From: Sphagnum compactum
Lineage: Eukaryota
Direction of reading: 5' to 3'
Assembly (NCBI GenBank): GCA_965153455.1
Contig: OZ234493.1
Span: 4,340,001 to 4,404,000 of the forward strand
DNA: 64,000 bases
Part shown: piece by piece, positions 24,230 to 37,931 of the stretch
Position numbering within the stretch: position 1 is the stretch's first letter
Layout of the letters: the number at the start of each line of letters is the position of its first letter
Notes under the pieces: model-generated
The model's input: only the letters and a program-made list of their open reading frames with translations
The model's database searches: none
What the model was told of the DNA's origin: nothing
Translations under genes and position numbers: made by a program

Positions 24230-25415
24230 TTCTAGGTTGGTTGATTACTCCCCAAGTAACCAAACAAAAAACATCAAAGGATTTCACCTACTCTTTCTCA
24301 TACCTTGTAAATCTTGATATGTCCTACTTTTTGGCACTAAATAATTTTGAACAAACTAAATTCAAGAATGAGGCATCAGCTAGTTGTAGCATAGCTACAA
24401 AGATGATTGATCATTGTTTTAAGTCTATTTTTTTGTCAATTTCAAAAGTGTGTAAGGCTTTTTAAACCCTTTGTTCTAACTTTGATGTCTTTTCAATGCA
24501 CATTGTTTCCCATAGCCACTCTTTGTTTATGGTCAAATTTGCATTGCAATTATTGGTGTCAATGTTCTTGATCTTACATAGATGGGTGCAATATTGTTTT
24601 TTCACACCACACAAGTTGATTGCCAAGATGTTAAGCCTACTAATCACCCATACTTGTGGACCGAAACAAAGCAATCACACATACACTTGCAACTTTTTGT
24701 TCAAATTGACTATAGTGACCACTTTCATTCCAACTCTTAAATTCATGAGATTGACCCCCTTTGGCCAAAATTGCATTGCTAGTATTATCTTGCTTAAAAA
24801 AAAGATTTCGTGATCTAAATATGGCATGCAATCGAAGACCAATAACTGGAGAAATAACTAAATTGACTATGTAATCCATACAACATGGTATCCTCTAATA
24901 AAAGAGACTGGGAAATAACTTGATTAGAGCTTGTAGTATAACACAAACTAACAAAGGGAAGCTCGGAGAACAACAAATAAATGCGCATATTTAAATTGAT
25001 TTTTGTTTTCTTTAACCAACCTCATCTCAGGGCATTTTGTAGTTAAATAGTTAATAATATCCTAAGAGTTGTTGGGCGGGTTCAGGAACAAAGATACCTG
25101 CCTAACCATCCATTCAGGTAACCCAAAATCAGATTGGGTTGACCCAAGTACTTTTTACCCAATCTTTTCCGAAAAGGTTAAAATATGATAAATGACTTAA
25201 CTGCACATAATTTTTGTATTTGTGGAATAATAACTCTAAAATTTAGTTGACAATGTTATGTTCCACTTGAAAAAATAGATGTTGAAAATTCAAACATTGG
25301 AATTGATACAATATGCAATTAAAAATATTAATGCTATATAAGTTTGAGATTTTCATTATCATTTTCAACATATGTCTACATTACGTCACTTAAGTACATT
25401 ACATTCACATTATAT

Positions 25416-28050
25416 TCAAGCAATGCCTCTTGAACTTTTATTCTTCTTAGAACTATATGAATTGTTTTTATTGGGTATTTGATGACTAATATTTATTTTT
25501 TTAAATAGATATCTCAACACCTTTTCTCGATCTGTCCATGAAAGTTCTGAAATGTCAACTTTGGGCAAAACTTTATCATGGATTTTCGATTCATCTAAAT
25601 CATCCAAAATGTCCAATTGACTATCAATCTCATGTTCAAGAACATTTCTTGCAAACTCTTCTTCCTTTTGTAAGTTCCGATCATTTTCTAAATGTGTTTT
25701 TCCCGAGGAGGAATATTTTGAGTCATAGGGAAATGACGGTTGAACCTGAGGCCATGGGCCAACCCCTGGCCAAGAACATGATGGAATTGCTGGCAAAATT
25801 GGGGTTGGGATGTTGTGGTATAGTTTTGATTTATTATTTTCTTTGCTAAATTGTCCATTTCCTTGACGTCCCATATGTGTTACTAAAGTGTGAGACTTTT
25901 GTGTTTGCATCCACACTATGTGTTTCACAAGGTTGATAGAGTCAATAAGGAATAGTTCAACTTCACTTCGTTGCTGAAGAACACGTTGAGCTAAGTGCCT
26001 AAATTTCTTGAGCTCTTTGGATTTTTGCACTATCATGCTTTTCAATCTCTGTGTACATGCAGGTGGGTGTTTCAAATTTAGGAAATTTTTTCCATTTTAT
26101 AGTGTAAAAGTCAATATTATTATTATATGCATATTAAAAAAAGGTACATTATGCATTATTGCACTTACCCTCTTAGTTTTAAAAAACTCTTCCCTCCAAC
26201 TAATCATGTTCTTGTTGCAAAATTTTGCATAAGAAAGATATAAGAAATATATAAACACTTAATTTCATTTCGCCTCTCCACACAATATTGTAGATTGTTG
26301 CCATTTTAATTTTGTATCATCTTGACACTTAATCAATGCAATTCAAAGACCAAATTTTCTGATTAGTTAAGCTTTAGACAGTGAGCATGATTTTTTAAAA
26401 AAAATTAACGATATATTGTGTCAAAAGGGGGTTTTGTTTATATAAATTACATTCTTGGATGTTAATAGTTTTATTTCCATATAGGTTTATGACTTGGTTT
26501 GTTTGGATTGTAATTATGACATGAAATACAAATAAACATCAGGATTGAGAGAGAAAGCACATCTTATTTGGTTCTTGACATCTCAATGAAAAAATATCAA
26601 TCAATGATGATGAATTAACTAAGAGATTTCAATTTATGATATAGTTTTAAAATTTGATCAAATCTGAATTCTCGCATTGATATCTTTTCATTACATTTAA
26701 GTGATATGTGCCTTACTATGGAAGGAATTCTCTAAAGTTCCTCACAAGAATGAACATGTTTTCCAGAATTTAAACACATTGGACAAAGTATAGAAACTTT
26801 CATTTTTCCAAACTTTCCTATGGGCTATTTTCTTTAAAATAAGCCAATCAATAAAATGTTTGGTTATTGCATCAAATGTACCTGTTGATCAGCTTTGAGT
26901 TCAGACACCACACATTTGTGTTTTTCATGCAGTAGTTGTCTCTCTTCACTATATTGTCTGATTAGCATGCGCAGAGTCTTCTCCAAGTTCCTAACCTGAA
27001 TAGTCATGAACACCAAAACTCAATTTGTTTTTGGTTGTCTTCTTTGGCCAATTATGAATGTTCCACATCACAACAAGCTTTTAAAATAAACAAAAATTTC
27101 ACATTATAGGCATAATTGACTAGATGTATCAAGAATGAGCGAAAACATTCCATATGATATATTAGGACACTGTATTTCAATCAAATGATCAGTCTTGTGC
27201 AAGTTGTTGGCCCTTTAACAATACCAAATCCAAAATTTTACAATGTTTGAAACATTTACATTTCCATCGAATATACGTGAAAAGTATAAGAGACCAATAC
27301 CATTGGAAAGAGTTTAACCAATCATAATTAGGTGAACATCTACTTAGATGTGGAAGAGGATGATCATCTTTATGTAGAAGGTTATAGCAATGCCTTATTG
27401 TCATTGTCTTGAATAACAAGAACTTGGTGTCGGCTTCTACAAATATGTAAGCCTTGAGCTTGCTGCATTAATGCATCATCAACCTTCGATTTCACAACTT
27501 CAGCTTCAAGTCTGATTTTTTCTGCTTGGAATTCTCTTCGTTGCCTTGTGTGCATTTGCACATCCCCTTGAGGAACTTGACTCTAGCCCAATATGTCCAA
27601 GTTCAACATTTTGTATGATCATTTAAAACATGTTAATATGTAAAACATTTTGATTTTCCATTATGTCCCTCTTAGGGTTACTTTTGTTCCAATTATTGTG
27701 GTAGCAATAACAATCTAATATGGAACTATTATGCTATTCACAGTCATGCAATACTGATAGTGCAAGGTCATGCATGTGTAAACACCATAATTTGATGACA
27801 ACACCATGAGAATTATTGAATTTTGCCAAAAACATTGTCTTTGAAATTTTGCATTTCAACAAATACGATTAATTGATCACTCAAAAGGTGACCATAATAT
27901 TTGCCAACACTTTCTTCACAATTGGATATGTGTGTATTTTCACATGTTTACATTGTTTATGCACAAACCTGAAGAAATTGAAATTCTGCAAGATGCAGTT
28001 CATTTTGTTTCCTTTCTTGATCAATATTCGCCATTTGTAAAGTTTGCAGC
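25416..28050 (-). CDS. BBOF1: Basal body-orientation factor 1 (BBOF1/CCDC176)-like coiled-coil protein, 3' exons; 5' part unresolved or possibly degenerate
   Basis: Last exon 26048-25416 has KELKKFRHLAQRVLQQRSEVELFLIDSINLVK and VDISELSWTDREKVLRYLFKKIN, matching BBOF1 blocks as I recall them. An in-frame GT-AG exon 26995-26882 reads VRNLEKTLRMLIRQYSEERQLL. Further coiled-coil segments lie at about 27582-27394 and 28052-27982. Confidence 0.75.
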
Positions 28051-31000
28051 AGTTACGGCATAACTCCAAAATAATCTTGATGGTTTCATGTATAGAAACT
28101 CTCACAATTTCTCACGCATTTCACCCAACAACATCTATCACTAATTAAAATATCATAGGGACGCTTTTTTTTCTAAAGCCCTAATGAAACACCCAAGCAA
28201 TCTTGGATTTGTCCTATGCAATTTACATGAGAATCCTTTAATTTAACAATAGGAGACTTTTTTTTTAAAAAATCGCAATATGAATAAACATTGAAATTTT
28301 CATCCCACAATCCCCTTCAACTTTTCCTATGTTTTGTATATATATACAAGTGTTTTTTTTTATCATAAGTTCTCGATGTTTCACTATGTAGATATAGAAA
28401 ATCTTTGCTATGCATGTGGGAACAACGAAACCAAATGCAATTCATGGTGGACAAGTTTTTACAAATTTTTATCAAGAAAAAAAATGCACCTAGTTTAGGT
28501 TGTCAGCTACATGAAATTTATCTTTGCTAAATATCAAAATATCACTCATAACCCAAAGGAACTTCACCAAAAGTTTGTTCATTTTCAATGGTTTTGTTAG
28601 AGAATGATTTCATAAACAAATAGGATTTGGAGCAGTTGGCTAAAATGATGGGTCATGGGAAAGGGTCTAAGCACATAACCATGTATGAACAAATTAGTAG
28701 ATTGGAGATAATACACACCCTCAGTGTATCAAAAGGTAAGCTCATTTGCTTAACAAGTCTATGAACTCTAAATATTTATGTGAGATCATTTACAAATTAA
28801 TATTATCTTTTTATTTAAAAAAAATCTCATTTGCATCATGCTAGAAAATGGAAACCCACAATTTGTTCAAGTTTGTTGGGTTTTCAATATGGAGAAATTT
28901 TCAATATATTTTAATCACATCTGATTAAGTTCTGGAAATATTATGATGAGTATAATTTCAGGAAAAGTGATAATTTTTCTCATATGTTGTTCAGTTTGTT
29001 GCTCATGAAACTTGAGCCTTGGAAAATAGGTCCATCATCAACAACAAAATATTCATAATATTTTTGGGCTAAATCTATTCACTTGCCACACCCCATGTTT
29101 GCACATGAAATTCTCACCTGGTCATGGGCTTAAGTCTATTTAACCCAAATAGAAATATAGTGAATATTTGTCCTAAAACAGATGAAACCTAAATAAATGC
29201 TAGTGAACATTTCATCTCATCCACTTGGCAAATGATCTAGATGACCATGTGATTCAACTCCCTTTAGTTTTGGGGGTAAAATTGGCATGATGAGGCCTCT
29301 TTTATTCTTTGGAACTACTAACAATTAGAAGTGTATTAATCTACTATTTAAGTAAGTCCATGTGATTTTTAATTGGGGCATGAGTGCAAAGGGACACATG
29401 GAAAATATAACCTTACAGGAGGGACAAGTAAGGAAAATGCAAGCAAAAAGTGATAGTTTACTAAAAGACCAAATGTTTGTGTGGAAATCAGCTTGGGACT
29501 CTCTTGTAAAGATTGTAACCTTAGTTTCAACATCCAGGTAAAATTATTAGACCAGTAGAAAGGATAGAGTCTGGCAATCAATATTAGTTTAACACCTAGC
29601 AATACCTAAAGAATTCACACATATAAAATTATTTGTAAAGTCAGGCAAACATGGCACTGGAAGCTTGTGTTTGGGCGATTTATAGGACGTAACTTCAAAG
29701 ATGGTATGGAAAAATTACATATGGGCCCAACGAGGCATGAAACTCGGATTTTGAATAGGACTTGGCATGAACTTGAGTTTCATGTCGAGATTTCTACTCA
29801 TGCATTGTTCGAAGAAGCCTGCATCTCGGCCCTTTTACTTTTACACCTACACCTTCATCATCTTCACTTGCTTACCTCACATGTTTACCTTAATGCTCCA
29901 CCTTGATCATCCTAGCTTGCATTAGCTTCGGAAGTTTCGTTAATTTCCTGTCGTGAGTCACTTTGTAACCTCATGTGTTTCATCGCCTTATGCTAACACT
30001 TGCAATAGCTTTGTCATTGCCTAAGCATGTGAGACTCATCAAGATGGTCTGCAACAATTTAAAGGAAGCTAGTTTTGCAAACTTTGAAACTTATAAACCC
30101 TAATGTGTTCTTAGGAAGGAATTTTGAGGAATATTGTTTTATCTCACTATGCCAAAAGCTGTCTTTTATGACTAGACAGTTTTGCGACTATGTCTAATTG
30201 TAGTCATGTAGTTGTTATTTTCATGCGCCTAAGTCAAGTTTACAATTACGGTCATCAATGTGACTACATGATTAAGGTCATGATTACATTACAAGGTTGC
30301 ATATTCTAAAAGGTGTGAAACCAATCTAGAGCAAATAGACCTAGGTTTTTTTTTTTTTACTATTTATTTATCTTAAATTTAAGTATTGGACCTTTGAACC
30401 CTAATTATACATTGACTGAACTAAAGACACCAAATGAACTAAGGGCATGTAAAGAGGGTTTGGTCTTAGAATACTATGTGGCTTTTAAAAATTAGGCAAA
30501 AAATCATTGTTATGATTACCCTTGTTGGAGTTCGTTTCAAGGAGATGTTGAAGGATCAACGGTATTGTCATTGTTGGAGATGCAACAACAAATGAAATAA
30601 ATCGCTCTTGAACAACTAGGGCACATGCTAAGAAATTGTGTGCAAAGGATACTAACTTGAAATCCAATCATGCCTTGAACCATGGTTGCGCATGCTGGAC
30701 CAACTTTGAGGTTGTGGTGGAGGATACTTATTATCATGGAATTTTTGCAGATGGGGAAAGTGTCGCTGTTTGAAGTGCACATCTTGAGGTAGGTGCAGCT
30801 CTTTCATGTAATTGTCGCTTGGTGTTGAAAGGTAGGCTAGTCTTGGATTTTGCAATCACAAAAACATGGATGACTTGTAGGCTTCTTGAACTTGTAGATG
30901 CATTAGAGACGCAATGGTGGAGGCACATCATGCAAACTAGCAAGCCGTGTTGTTGCACCCAAAATGAATCGAATTATACACAGCATGAAAAGGATAAATT

Positions 31001-33982
31001 TTTCCAAGACCATCCCCATCTAACACCTTTTTGTAAATCAACATAAAATATTTTCAACTATTTTCTTCTCCAATTTGTGCATTTTAAACTTGTTGCCTTG
31101 CAAAGGACATTTGGGTCTTGTATTTATGCATGTTTCCCAACCTCACTGTGTCTAATTGATAGAAGATGGGCTTAGAAACTTCACACTCTTGTTCCAACTA
31201 GGTAGCGAGTGTGTAAATGTGGGCAAGCATGCGATTCCAAGATCAAATGAACAATGTGCTTGGAGCATGCATGGAAGGCAACAAGATTGGAATTTTAGGA
31301 ACAATTTTGCCTCCCAAGCCTTGTTTTATAAGCACACACTGTGATATACTTTCAACCTTGGGCCATTTGTATTATGTTTTCCTGGATTGATCGATTTGAA
31401 CCTATTTTATTTTGGGTGTTTGTTGCTCAAAATAAGGTTGTGCTAATCTAGTTTTGGTTGAACAACTTTCCACAATGTAAAGGCAAGAAGTTATGTTATT
31501 CCCAAGAAATCTGGGCCTTAAACTTGTATTGAAGCAATTGTTGAAATTTTGCTACAAAATTTGACTTTACGTTTGGTGACATTGGCTGGACTCAATGAAA
31601 ATTTTGGGAAATGGTTGATGCAGTGACAAAAGGTGTGCCATCATGGGTATGGGTAGCCCAATGCCCAACATAGTCTATGGGTGAGTTTCCATTGGAACCC
31701 CCATTTCATGTGTGGGTTGTTACCCATTTTTTGTTCATAGTGACTTTTAATGATAAGCCAATTTATTACGTTCTTTTTACATGATGAAAAAGAACAATTA
31801 TCATTTCACAATATCATTAGGACCTTAATTTCATTTGAGTAATGACTTTTCTATGGCAAATTTTCATTGAAAGCTAAAATGCTTGAATACTCTCAATATG
31901 TAGAATTATGCATATGAATAATCCATTAAAGTTCAATTTTGGACTATATGAGTTCCCCTTCTATCCAAAATTAGGCAAAAGACTAATTTAAGTATGATCT
32001 CCATCCAACATTATATTCCAACTCTTCCACCTTGAAAATGAATTCAATACAAAAATGAATTCATTTAAATATATATTTATGAATATTCCAAGTTTTGGAT
32101 ATGTCCTCACTTTTATTTTCTTAAATGGTCTTTGTTAAATTGGGGTTTGTCCTAAATCCACATCCAAATGCGAAACGAATTAACTTAAAAATAAAAAATT
32201 CTAGGTAAAATATTAAATAGTTAATCAAAGTCATGTAGGGTGTGATAAAAAAAAGGATTATTGTCATGATGTTGCTAGAAAAACCCCCAAAAATATTTAT
32301 TAACATGGGTTTCATGGTGTTGTACATTACTAGTGATGATCGATTGATGAAAACAATTGATTTAGTGAAATTAAAATTCCATTCAAATGAAAATATTGAA
32401 TCACATTAATCATGCAACATGAATTGAATTGAATTGAATTCCAATTCAACTAAATTCAATTTAATGATTGAATCTTAATTGAATTGAAAAGAAATGAGAT
32501 GCAAATTGGTGGAAAAGATATTAAAAATTTGATTGGGAATATGGTGTTTGAAAAAACACTTTACAAAACACTTTTCCATATCTCTTTACTTTACAATGGG
32601 TTAAACAAATTTCACTTGGAACTAACCAAGTGATGACTTATGAAACCTAAAGTTATCCTACCTAAACTAGGTCCAATGAAATCACTCTCATTGAAAATTT
32701 GAAAGAACATCTTATCTTATAAGCAAATTCCACTTCATAAATACAAAAGCAAACTATACCTCAAAATAGTGAGGAAGCTTAATGATAGGCTAGAAGACCA
32801 ACATAATAAATTTAAAAAATTTAAGAAAATTAAGAAAATTAATAATAATAAATAATAAAGATGATTTTCTAGAATAAAAAATTAGAACTAGTAAAAAAAT
32901 TTGCTGAAAATTGGACACTGGTCTGTTTTTCACGTGAGGAGGACATTCTAGCGCGGAACGGAACAGGCAGGAATTCCATTCAACCGGTAAACTGGAGGGT
33001 CGAGAACCGGGGCTACCTGGACCGACCGGTCGGCGGCGGGAGAAAGGCCCGCCAGGCAGCCAAACTGGCGCCCCACACAATGAAACGCACAAGCTCGAAA
33101 TTCTTATTCTTCTTCGTCTTTTGTTGTCGTTATCTTGTCTCTGATTCTTTCTCTTGCGATTCTGAGAGCTACCCATCTCGTAATTTGTGCCTCTTTACTT
33201 GCCATAGTAAAGCTGATTTTGCATTTTCTGAGTGGGGGAAGGTGTCGGGTGAGGAAGGAATTCGTACTTGGGTGCTTGTGGTAGTTGCCTTTTTTGTTGT
33301 CACTGTATGTAATGAGCTTGCCAGGGTTTGGAAGCAGAATTGTATGAGCTGTTTTGAGTTTTTCTTTTTTCTTTTCCCCTTTTTTCTTCTGGCTTTTGTT
33401 GTGAAGTGTGTTTGCGAGCATTCGCTTACTCTGGTTTCTGGTTTTGGAGTGTCTTGCCATCACATTGTTGTGGCTTGAGGTGCTGAGTTTGGGTTTTGAA
33501 GGAAAGTTGGGGTGCGGGGGAAATGAGCTAGGGTTTGTGGGTTGTAATGTTAGCAGAGAGTTTTCTTTCCTTTGGTTTGATTATTGTTGAGCTTCATGAG
33601 TGATTTCTTGCTACAAAAGTCACTGATCTTATCAAGCTCGGATATACAACCCAACTTCCGCACCATTTAGAACGTACGCCCTGCATTTGGAATCCTTCAC
33701 GATTAGGTTTCCGAGCAGGTGGGAAGCAAGTTTTGAGTCGCCTTTTGCATCTGTCGCTCAAGAAAGACGGCCGGAGTTCCAAAATCTTGATACCCTGTTT
33801 GGTTTTGTATCCAGCAAGTTTCTCGAAGGATATGCTTCAGCATTTTTGTGTTGTAGTTTGATTTCGAGAAGGCCATATGTGGAGGCAGTTCTGCAAATTG
33901 GGATTTTCTGATAGACAAGTGTGGTGGGGTTGATAGTCAAGAAACAGCGTAGAGTAGTGCCGCCCATCAACTGGTGTCAACA

Positions 33983-35167
33983 ATGAGTGCGGTGAACGTG
34001 ACCAATGTGACAGTGCTGGACAACCCATCTATGTTTCTCAATCCCTTTCAATTTGAGATTTCATACGAGTGCCTTGTTCCTCTGAAAGATGGTAACCGCA
34101 GCATCAATCTTCCTTTCTCAAAATTGCATTTGTGAAGGGTGTTAGTTTTCCTGCCTATGCTTGTCTGCTTGTGGCCGATTTAGTGATGTTTCCCCTGTCC
34201 TTACAATGTGCTGTTTTGTTGTTTCAATTCAGAAGCTTTTTTTGGTTAGCTTGCTACTTGAATCAGAGCAAAAGCCTAATTGCAGTAGGATACGCATGGA
34301 TCTAGCCTGTGTTCAAATTGGGTGGGTGGCAATGATTCATTTTGCAGATTTGGAGTGGAAGCTGATCTATGTTGGATCTGCTGAGGATGAAAAATATGAT
34401 CAAGTTTTGGAGAGTGTCCTTGTTGGTCCTGTCAATATTGGCAACTACAGGTTTGTGTTTCAGGTACTTATTCTGTCTCATGTGTCTCACAGCATTTATG
34501 TGTAGATTCAGTCATTGCAAGCACTTGACTGCATCGGAGAGAACTGATTTGTTATAGCAAAAACTGGTCATATGCAGACTGAGTTATGCAAGGTTGATTG
34601 CAATGCAAATCTAGTTTTAGAAGAATCCTGCATTTGAAATGGATTGAAGCATTGTTAAGCACAGATACTTGGTTTTTGGGGATGTTGTTCAGGTATATTT
34701 TGTGAGAAGCTTTGTAGTATCAAAGCTCCCAGCAGTCTCAGAGTATCTATTCCAAGGTTATGTTTGGTGCTTCTTGCAATGTTTAACGAGAATAGTGAAA
34801 CAGGTTCTGATGTTGGAGTGGTGGAATTGGATTGCAGGCAGAGCCACCAGAGCTTGGAAAGATTCCAGAAGAGGACATAATAGGGGTGACAGTGCTGTTG
34901 TTGACATGCTCATATGTAGGGCAGGAGTTCATCCGGGTTGGTTACTATGTGAGCAATGAGTATGTTGATGAGCACTTGCGAGAGGAGCCACCTGCCAAGG
35001 TCCTCATAAATAGAGTACAGCGTAACATTCTGGCTGACAAGCCTCGTGTCACAAAATTTCCCATTGTCTTTAACTCCCCTCCTCCTCCTTCCAATCCAAT
35101 CCCTGATTGCAATGAGGCTGTAAGACCCATGGATGTGGATGCAGACATGGATATAGATGTGACTTAG
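33983..35167 (+). CDS. ASF1: Histone H3-H4 chaperone ASF1 (3 coding exons, 184 aa)
   Basis: Exons 33983-34091, 34348-34463, 34838-35167 give MSAVNVTNVTVLDNP...DLEWKLIYVGSAE...EFIRVGYYV...KPRVTKFPI. A 5' UTR intron lies upstream. Confidence 0.98.
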
Positions 35168-35779
35168 TAGCCATTCCTACATGGGAAGTTTTCTGCAGGT
35201 AGCTTGCACAATTTGATACCACAGACCATTGTGGAATCACCATCCTTTGGAGCTTCCACTGACCTTGGTTTTAACTTAACAGTGCTTTGTACATTCAGAC
35301 TACAGGAGCCTGATTGTTTCTCATGTCGGTAGACTCAGATTCTGTTTGTATGTGGAAAAAGACCTTATTTTGCCCAGATGTGGCTGTTGTAGTCAGTGTA
35401 CACTAAGCCCATGCTCTATTTGAACACGCAGAGAAAGAATTGATGCAAGGTAAGTGGCATTGGGCAAAATAGTTTGCTGGGCAGTTTAAATTGATGCTGT
35501 AGGGTAGCTTTTTTTGGGTCATCAGTGTTTTGGAACTTCAGCTCTGAAAATGAGCATGTAGAGGATGTTTGCACATACCATGTTGGAAATAATTAGATTT
35601 ATTTTTGTGTGGTGGAACACCATAGTCTATGGTAATGATAACAGCAGCCTTGGCAAAATAGTTTTATGGTAGCGGTCAATGCAAACATCTGCTGTGTTGG
35701 GTTGTTTGGCTGGAAACGTCAGGGATTTCTATAAAAGTACAATGTGGGCCACCAGACCACTAAATCGTATCATCAGGGT

Positions 35780-35980
35780 GGGTCTGGGTCTGTGTGAGCT
35801 TTACCAATTCAACACACATGGAAAAATGCAAGAGCTTGAACCATGTTTCCAAGGATGTGAACTTGGCTGTGAATGGAATACATGAAAATGTGAGGAATCA
35901 TGTCATCAGGGGGGTCCTGGGTCTGTGTGAGACTTTACCAATTCAATGCCCATGGACAAATGCAAGAGCTTGAACCATGA
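35780..35980 (+). repeat. Direct duplication of about 61 bp downstream of ASF1
   Basis: tgggtctgtgtgag(a)ctttaccaattcaa...atgcaagagcttgaaccatg occurs at about 35786 and 35918. Confidence 0.85.
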
Positions 35981-37931
35981 TTGCACCGATGGAACTGTTG
36001 AAAATGCAGGTGATCATCCATCACTAGTGAAGACAGGGCTTTCACATAGGCATCCCCACCCTTTTTCACCCTTAGTGATCACAATCAACAAATACTTTTG
36101 TGGATGTTTTGCTTGATTCGTTGTTATTTCTCTTTGACTTTGTAGTTAATATCTTGTTGTTGACATCTATTGTTAAATTCTATGAAGTTGATGTAGGTAG
36201 GAAATAGGGAAGTCATCAATTCAATAATTGGCAATTCCTTGTGAGCAAATTGTTGATGAAGCTTGTCATGATTCTGTAATGTTTGCAACCTTTGTTCAAA
36301 CCCATGTAAGAAGTAGCAACAGATGGGATCAGAGCTTAATCAAGAGATGGGACTATAGATTAATCATGTTGGTTTTTTCCATTACATTGCAAATCTATGA
36401 GTTGCACTAATGACTTGGAATGGAGAAGATGAAAGAAGATAAAAGTGATAATTTTTCTTGTAAAGCTTAAAAAGTGATAAATTACTCAAAAAATTAAGGT
36501 TTGTGAACGCAGTGAGCACAAATATGGACATGTAGTTTAAGGTGATGGAAGCTAACTACCTACCAAAGAAAATCAAATTGAAATTGTTTCAAAATCTTAA
36601 CCTAGATGTTTATGACTTTTGATTTCTAGCCAATGTTCATAGTTTCAATCCTCCAACTCCTACACTTGAAGAAGGCAAAAATGTTGCAATTGATGTTAGT
36701 GTGGATACTTCATTTAAACAACATTCCATGACAAGCGAAGTTGTTTTTGTTGGATTGGTGCAAGGCTCATTGATGTCCATGTTTTTTCAATGTTAAAAAT
36801 AGTTGTGTTTGCTCCATGGCAACAAGTTGAAATTCATTGTTCTAAGCATTTGTAAGCCCTATTTTCTTTCACCCTTTCAAGATTAGTGTTTCAGGTTGCT
36901 ACTCAACTCCTTCCATGCGTTATGTAACCATTCACATATGCATGGTTTTAAATTATTCATTTTGAAGTCAACGTTTGAATCTTTGCCATTTTCAATTTGT
37001 TCTTTCATTTGTTGAACTCCATTTTGAATGCATGTTTGAGTGGGCGTTGTAGTATGACATCAGCTGGTTACAAAACATTGGTACAATTTGTTGGTATAAA
37101 AATTACCAAGATGTTTGGATGTTTTGTTTTATCTGGTTTAACAATCTTGACTTTTGTGTACATTCTAGCAATCTAATAACCAAACCATTCTTTGTTGTAT
37201 TTGCAATTCAACTAATTCAATTTAAGCTTTATGGTAAACACCATGACATTCTCCACATAAGGTTTTGTCATTTCAAGGTTTGACCAATGATTCTCACTAT
37301 AGGTGAGATCCCGCCCATTTGTTACACACATTTTTCTTTGATTGTTATTTGGTGGCAATGTTCGTGGTGTTGTGCTTGTAAAGATGATTTGTAGTGGCAA
37401 TAACACTCCCGCTACAAATGAAGATACTACCACAATCACCTACCTTTTGTCCTCTATGCCAAGTACATGAACATGTTTGGAACCTTTATTTTCCCATGTG
37501 CGTTTTCCTATTATAGGTACAAGATGTATACAAATCTGATCATTATTGACAAGAAGAGAAGGTGGAATGTCATAGGCCTTTGTTAGGTAAGCAACATGAT
37601 AAGCCATGTACCTACTTTGTTCTTGCCAATTTAATGGAAGCTTGTTAGCTATAGTTATACTAACCCTAAAGGTTCAATTCGTGTAATGTTTCATGAATTG
37701 ATGGGTCCATTTTTGAGTAACTTTAAACCCACCAAGTTTGTTGTCAAAAAACACATCAAGGGCCAAAGATTCATTCATTCCACAAAGTATGGGCTCGACC
37801 ATGGAGGTCGTTAAGGGCTGACTTGCATCTTTCATTTTGTGCAACATGTCTACCATAAATTTTTTAAATATAGGGTGATTTTAAAGTAGTGGTAAATTTT
37901 GCTTCCTAGTTTCAACTTTTATGCCTAGTTT

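Noticed and set aside
29650..31600. Coding-like composition with short ORFs upstream of the BBOF1-like gene
   Set aside because: Many stops and no motif I can identify. Probably a decayed TE.
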